Shown: piece after piece, positions 61,150 through 64,000 of the stretch | Position numbering within the stretch: the first letter of the stretch is position 1 | How the letters are laid out: the number at the start of each line of letters is the position of its first letter | Assembly: GCA_963786455.1 (NCBI GenBank) | Contig: CAWAZX010000025.1 | Location: 179,350-243,349, forward strand | Source: an uncultured Planctomycetota bacterium | GTDB lineage: Bacteria > Planctomycetota > Planctomycetia > Pirellulales > Lacipirellulaceae | DNA: 64,000 bases | Direction: 5' to 3' | The notes under the pieces: generated by a model | What the model was told of the DNA's origin: nothing | Databases searched by the model: none | The model's input: only the letters and a program-made list of their open reading frames with translations | Position numbers and translations under genes: made by a program

Positions 61150-64000
61150 ATGCGCGATCCAAATCGCGTACTCATCGTTGCGGTGTTGTTTGCACCGCAC
61201 CTGGTTCTATGCGGTTGTGGCTCACCAGCAGCCGAGCTGCAACCTGACGCCCAGCGGGCGGATGCCAACGCACCCGCTCCGCCGAGGGCGGCCGACGTTT
61301 CGGCAATGCCCAACATCAAAGCGGTCCCGCTGGTAGCACGAGACGATCGCCCGCCGGAACGGCTGTTTGAAAAACTCGATCCCAAACAAATCGGCATCGA
61401 TTTCTTCCATAAGTGGACGAAGCGGCCCGGTCAGGAACGCAATAACACCACCGGCAGCGGCGTGGCGATGGGCGACTTCGACGGCGATGGCCTGGTGGAC
61501 GTGTTCCTGCCGCGCTCCACCGATGCCGGGCGGTTGTACCGCAACCTCGGTAATTTCCAATTCGAGGACGTCACGGTTCGGGCCGGCATCGACGACCCCG
61601 AACGGTGGACCGTCGGCGCGTCGTTCTTGGATATCGACAACGACGACGACCTGGATCTCTTTGTCTGTGGCTACGGCTGCCCCAACCATCTCTACATTAA
61701 CCGCGGCGACGGCACGTTCGAAGAGAAGTCGAAGCAGTTCGGCCTCGATTTCAACGGCTCCAGCGTGATGATGGCGTTCGCCGATTACGACTTGGACGGC
61801 GACCTCGACGGTTATCTCGCGACCAACCACATGCCGCCGCCGCAAGAGATTGAGTACCGGCTGGAATACGACCAACGCGGCGTACCGCGTGTGCCCGCTC
61901 AGTTTCAGGAGTACCACGGGCTGTTGCTCATGCCCGAGGGCGATTACGGCGTCATCGAAGTCGGCCAGCGCGATCACTTCTACCGCAACAACGGCAACGG
62001 CACATTTACCGACGTCACGCACGAGGCGGGCTTCAGCGGCAACGATCATGGCCTGGCCGTAACGTGGTGGGACTACAACAGCGACGGCCGCCCCGACTTG
62101 TACGTCGCCAACGACTTCTACGCCTCCGACTATCTGTACCGCAACAACGGCGACGGCACGTTCACCGACGTCGCCCCGCAAGCCATTCCGCACACGCCGT
62201 GGTTCTCGATGGGCAGCGACGTGGGCGACATCAACAACGACGGGCTGTTCGATTTCATCGGCACCGACATGGCCTCGCGCACCGACTACCGGGCCAAGCT
62301 CACGGTCGGCGAGATCTTCGATTTTGTCTGGTTTCTCGAGCGGCCGATCCCGCGGCAGTACATGCGGAACGCAGTCTATCTCAACACGGGCGTCGAGCGG
62401 CTGCTGGAAGTGGCCTACCTGACCGGCCTGGAAGCCACGAATTGGACCTGGTCGGTCCGTCTTGTCGACCTCGATCAAGACGGCCGGCTCGACGTCCATT
62501 TCACCAACGGCATGAGCCGCGACTGGACGAACATCGATCTCAAAAACCAGGCACTGAAATTCGGGCCGCAGAACTCCGATGCGTTCCATGCCTTTTGGGA
62601 CAAACAGCCGCCGCTGGCCGAGGCCAACCTGGCGTTCCGCAACCTGGGCGAGCTGCGGTTCGAGGATGTCAGCGCGGCGTGGGGGCTCGACGACGTCGGC
62701 GTGTGTTTCGGTGCAGGGTTCGGCGATCTCGACGGCGACGGCGATTTGGATCTGGTCGTCAACAACTTCGACGGCATGGTGGGCGTGTTCCGCAACAACG
62801 GCACGTCGGGGCACGCGATCAAGCTGCGACTGGCAGGCTCGACGAGCAACCGCTGGGGAATCGGCGCGACCGTGCGGTTCGCGCGGGTGGCCAGTCGCAG
62901 GCCGGTTACCTCACGCTGTCGCGCGGATTCATGTCCTCCAGCGAACCGGTCGTTCACTTTGGATTGGGCGCGGCGGAGGTGATCGACGAGCTCGACATCG
63001 AGTGGCCCAGCGGCCAGAAGCAATCGTTCGCCAACCTGCCGGCGGACCGCTTTTACACGGTTACGGAACCAGTAGGTCCGGCGAGCCGAGCCGGACAAGC
63101 GGAAGCGTCGAGTCGTGAGGATGCAAAACCAAGACCAAAGTCCGCCTCGGCTCGGCGGACCTATTCGCTATTTATTCCTTCGAACGTGCTGGAATCGTTC
63201 ACGCATCGCGAACGGACGTTCGACGATTTTGCTCGGGAGCCGCTGCTGGCCCTGCGACTGTCGCAGCTCGGCCCGGGTCTCGCGGCCGGCGATGTGAACG
63301 GCGACGCGCGCGACGACCTTTTCCTCGGCGGCGCGAGCGGCAATGCGGGCACGTTCAGTCTCAACCAGGGCGGCGGCAAGTGGTCGCTGCTGCAGGATCT
63401 CTTTCCACCCTGGAGCGAGAACCTCGATGTCGAAGACATGGGCACGCTGCTGTTCGATGCCGACGGCGACTCCGATCTTGATTTGCTCCTCGTGAGTGGC
63501 GGCGTCGAATGCGAGCCCAACGATCCGCTGCTCCGCGACCGTTTGTTTTTGAACGACGGCAAGGGAGCGTTCAGCCACCCGGCGACGGACATGCTGCCCG
63601 ATCTGCGCGACAGCGGCAGCGTGGCCGCGGCGGCCGACTTCGACCGCGACGGCGACCTCGATCTGTTCATTGGCAGCCGCTGTGTACCGGGCCGGTTTCC
63701 TGAAACGCCTGTCAGCCGACTACTCGAAAACGAAAAGGGCACGTTCCGCGAAGCGACCGCCAAACGCGCGCCCGAGCTCGAGCGCTCCGGGCTCGTGACC
63801 AGTGGTCTGTGGTCCGATGTCAACGGCGACGGGTGGATCGACTTGCTCGTTACGCACGACTGGGGCCCGGTGAAAGTTTTCATCAACGAGCACGGGAAAC
63901 TGCGCGACGCAACCGAGTCTGCCGGCCTCGCGAACTTGCTCGGTTGGTGGAACGGCATTGCCGGTCGCGACCTCGACGGCGACGGCGACATCGATTACGT
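61150..64000 (+). CDS. CRTAC1-family lipoprotein with two FG-GAP/UnbV modules; 1 frame break near 62880; the 3' end lies beyond the right edge
   Basis: Lipobox VLFAPHLVLCGCGS. Also GDFDGDGLVDVFLP, LDIDNDDDLDLFVC, ADYDLDGDLDGYL, WDYNSDGRPDLYV, GDINNDGLFDFI, VDLDQDGRLDVHF and GDLDGDGDLDLVV. UnbV part: GHAIKLRLAGSTSNRWGIGATVRF...GYLTLSRGFMSSSEPVVHFGLG...IEWPSGQ. After a linker a second module begins (GDVNGDARDDLFL, FDADGDSDLDLLL, ADFDRDGDLDLFI, DVNGDGWIDLLV, RDLDGDGDIDY). Confidence 0.85.
63138..63163. repeat. 26-nt exact repeat, copy 2 (AAGTCCGCCTCGGCTCGGCGGACCTA)
   Basis: Identical to 4044-4069. Here it lies in the inter-module linker of the CRTAC1 gene and is read in a different frame (KSASARRTY). 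Confidence 0.85.

Noticed and set aside
61222-62814. Long antisense ORFs opposite well-supported genes: 530 aa here, plus 40905-42185 (-), 44853-46169 (+), 28250-29203 (+), 9431-10426 (-) and 4726-5646 (-).
   Set aside because: These are classic shadow ORFs of high-GC coding regions. Their translations are low-complexity V/A/R/G/H-rich with no motifs, while the opposite strand carries unmistakable domain signatures.
1-64000. A search for rRNA, tRNA, tmRNA, CRISPR arrays, transposases, integrases, toxin-antitoxin pairs and known defence-system genes.
   Set aside because: I could not recognise any by eye in intergenic regions or in the ORF translations. The only mobile-element trace is the truncated ATPase at 23011-23400. 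A covariance-model scan (tRNAscan-SE/Infernal) and a defence-system HMM scan would be needed to confirm their absence.

Overview
This is a GC-rich (about 60-68% by eye) bacterial chromosomal segment. Its gene content points to Planctomycetota, probably Pirellulales-like, which is an inference from family content. Supporting genes: two DUF1559 prepilin-like proteins, a PSCyt/DUF1549/DUF1553 + DUF1501 pair, five FG-GAP / ASPIC-UnbV (CRTAC1-family) genes, and at least six PEP-CTERM proteins, several with dockerin-like repeats. Left to right on the + strand: a DapA-family gene (partial, on the - strand), then AmpG-like MFS, amidase, a giant CRTAC1-TPR-FG-GAP gene, GH31, a GH39-like hydrolase, an HExxH protein, an S9 dipeptidyl peptidase and DUF885. 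Next, on the - strand, come DUF1501 and PSCyt/DUF1553, followed by a 5'-truncated mobile-element ATPase remnant. The most interesting part is 25.6-42.6 kb: two back-to-back operons, each opened by one copy of an unassigned small secreted Cys-motif protein. After that come a DUF1028 + alpha/beta-hydrolase pair, a duplicated HExxH protein, an arabinofuranoside cluster (GH51, GH127, SSS symporter), a PEP-CTERM surface-protein island (53.4-60.9 kb) and another CRTAC1 gene that runs off the right edge. I found no rRNA, tRNA, CRISPR array, transposase or integrase. Caveats: about half the genes have reading frames broken many times by indels while their catalytic motifs stay intact, so their coordinates are whole-gene reconstructions made by hand across ORF-track fragments. 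Boundaries may be off by tens of bases. All product calls rest on motifs recognised by eye, and no database search was possible.
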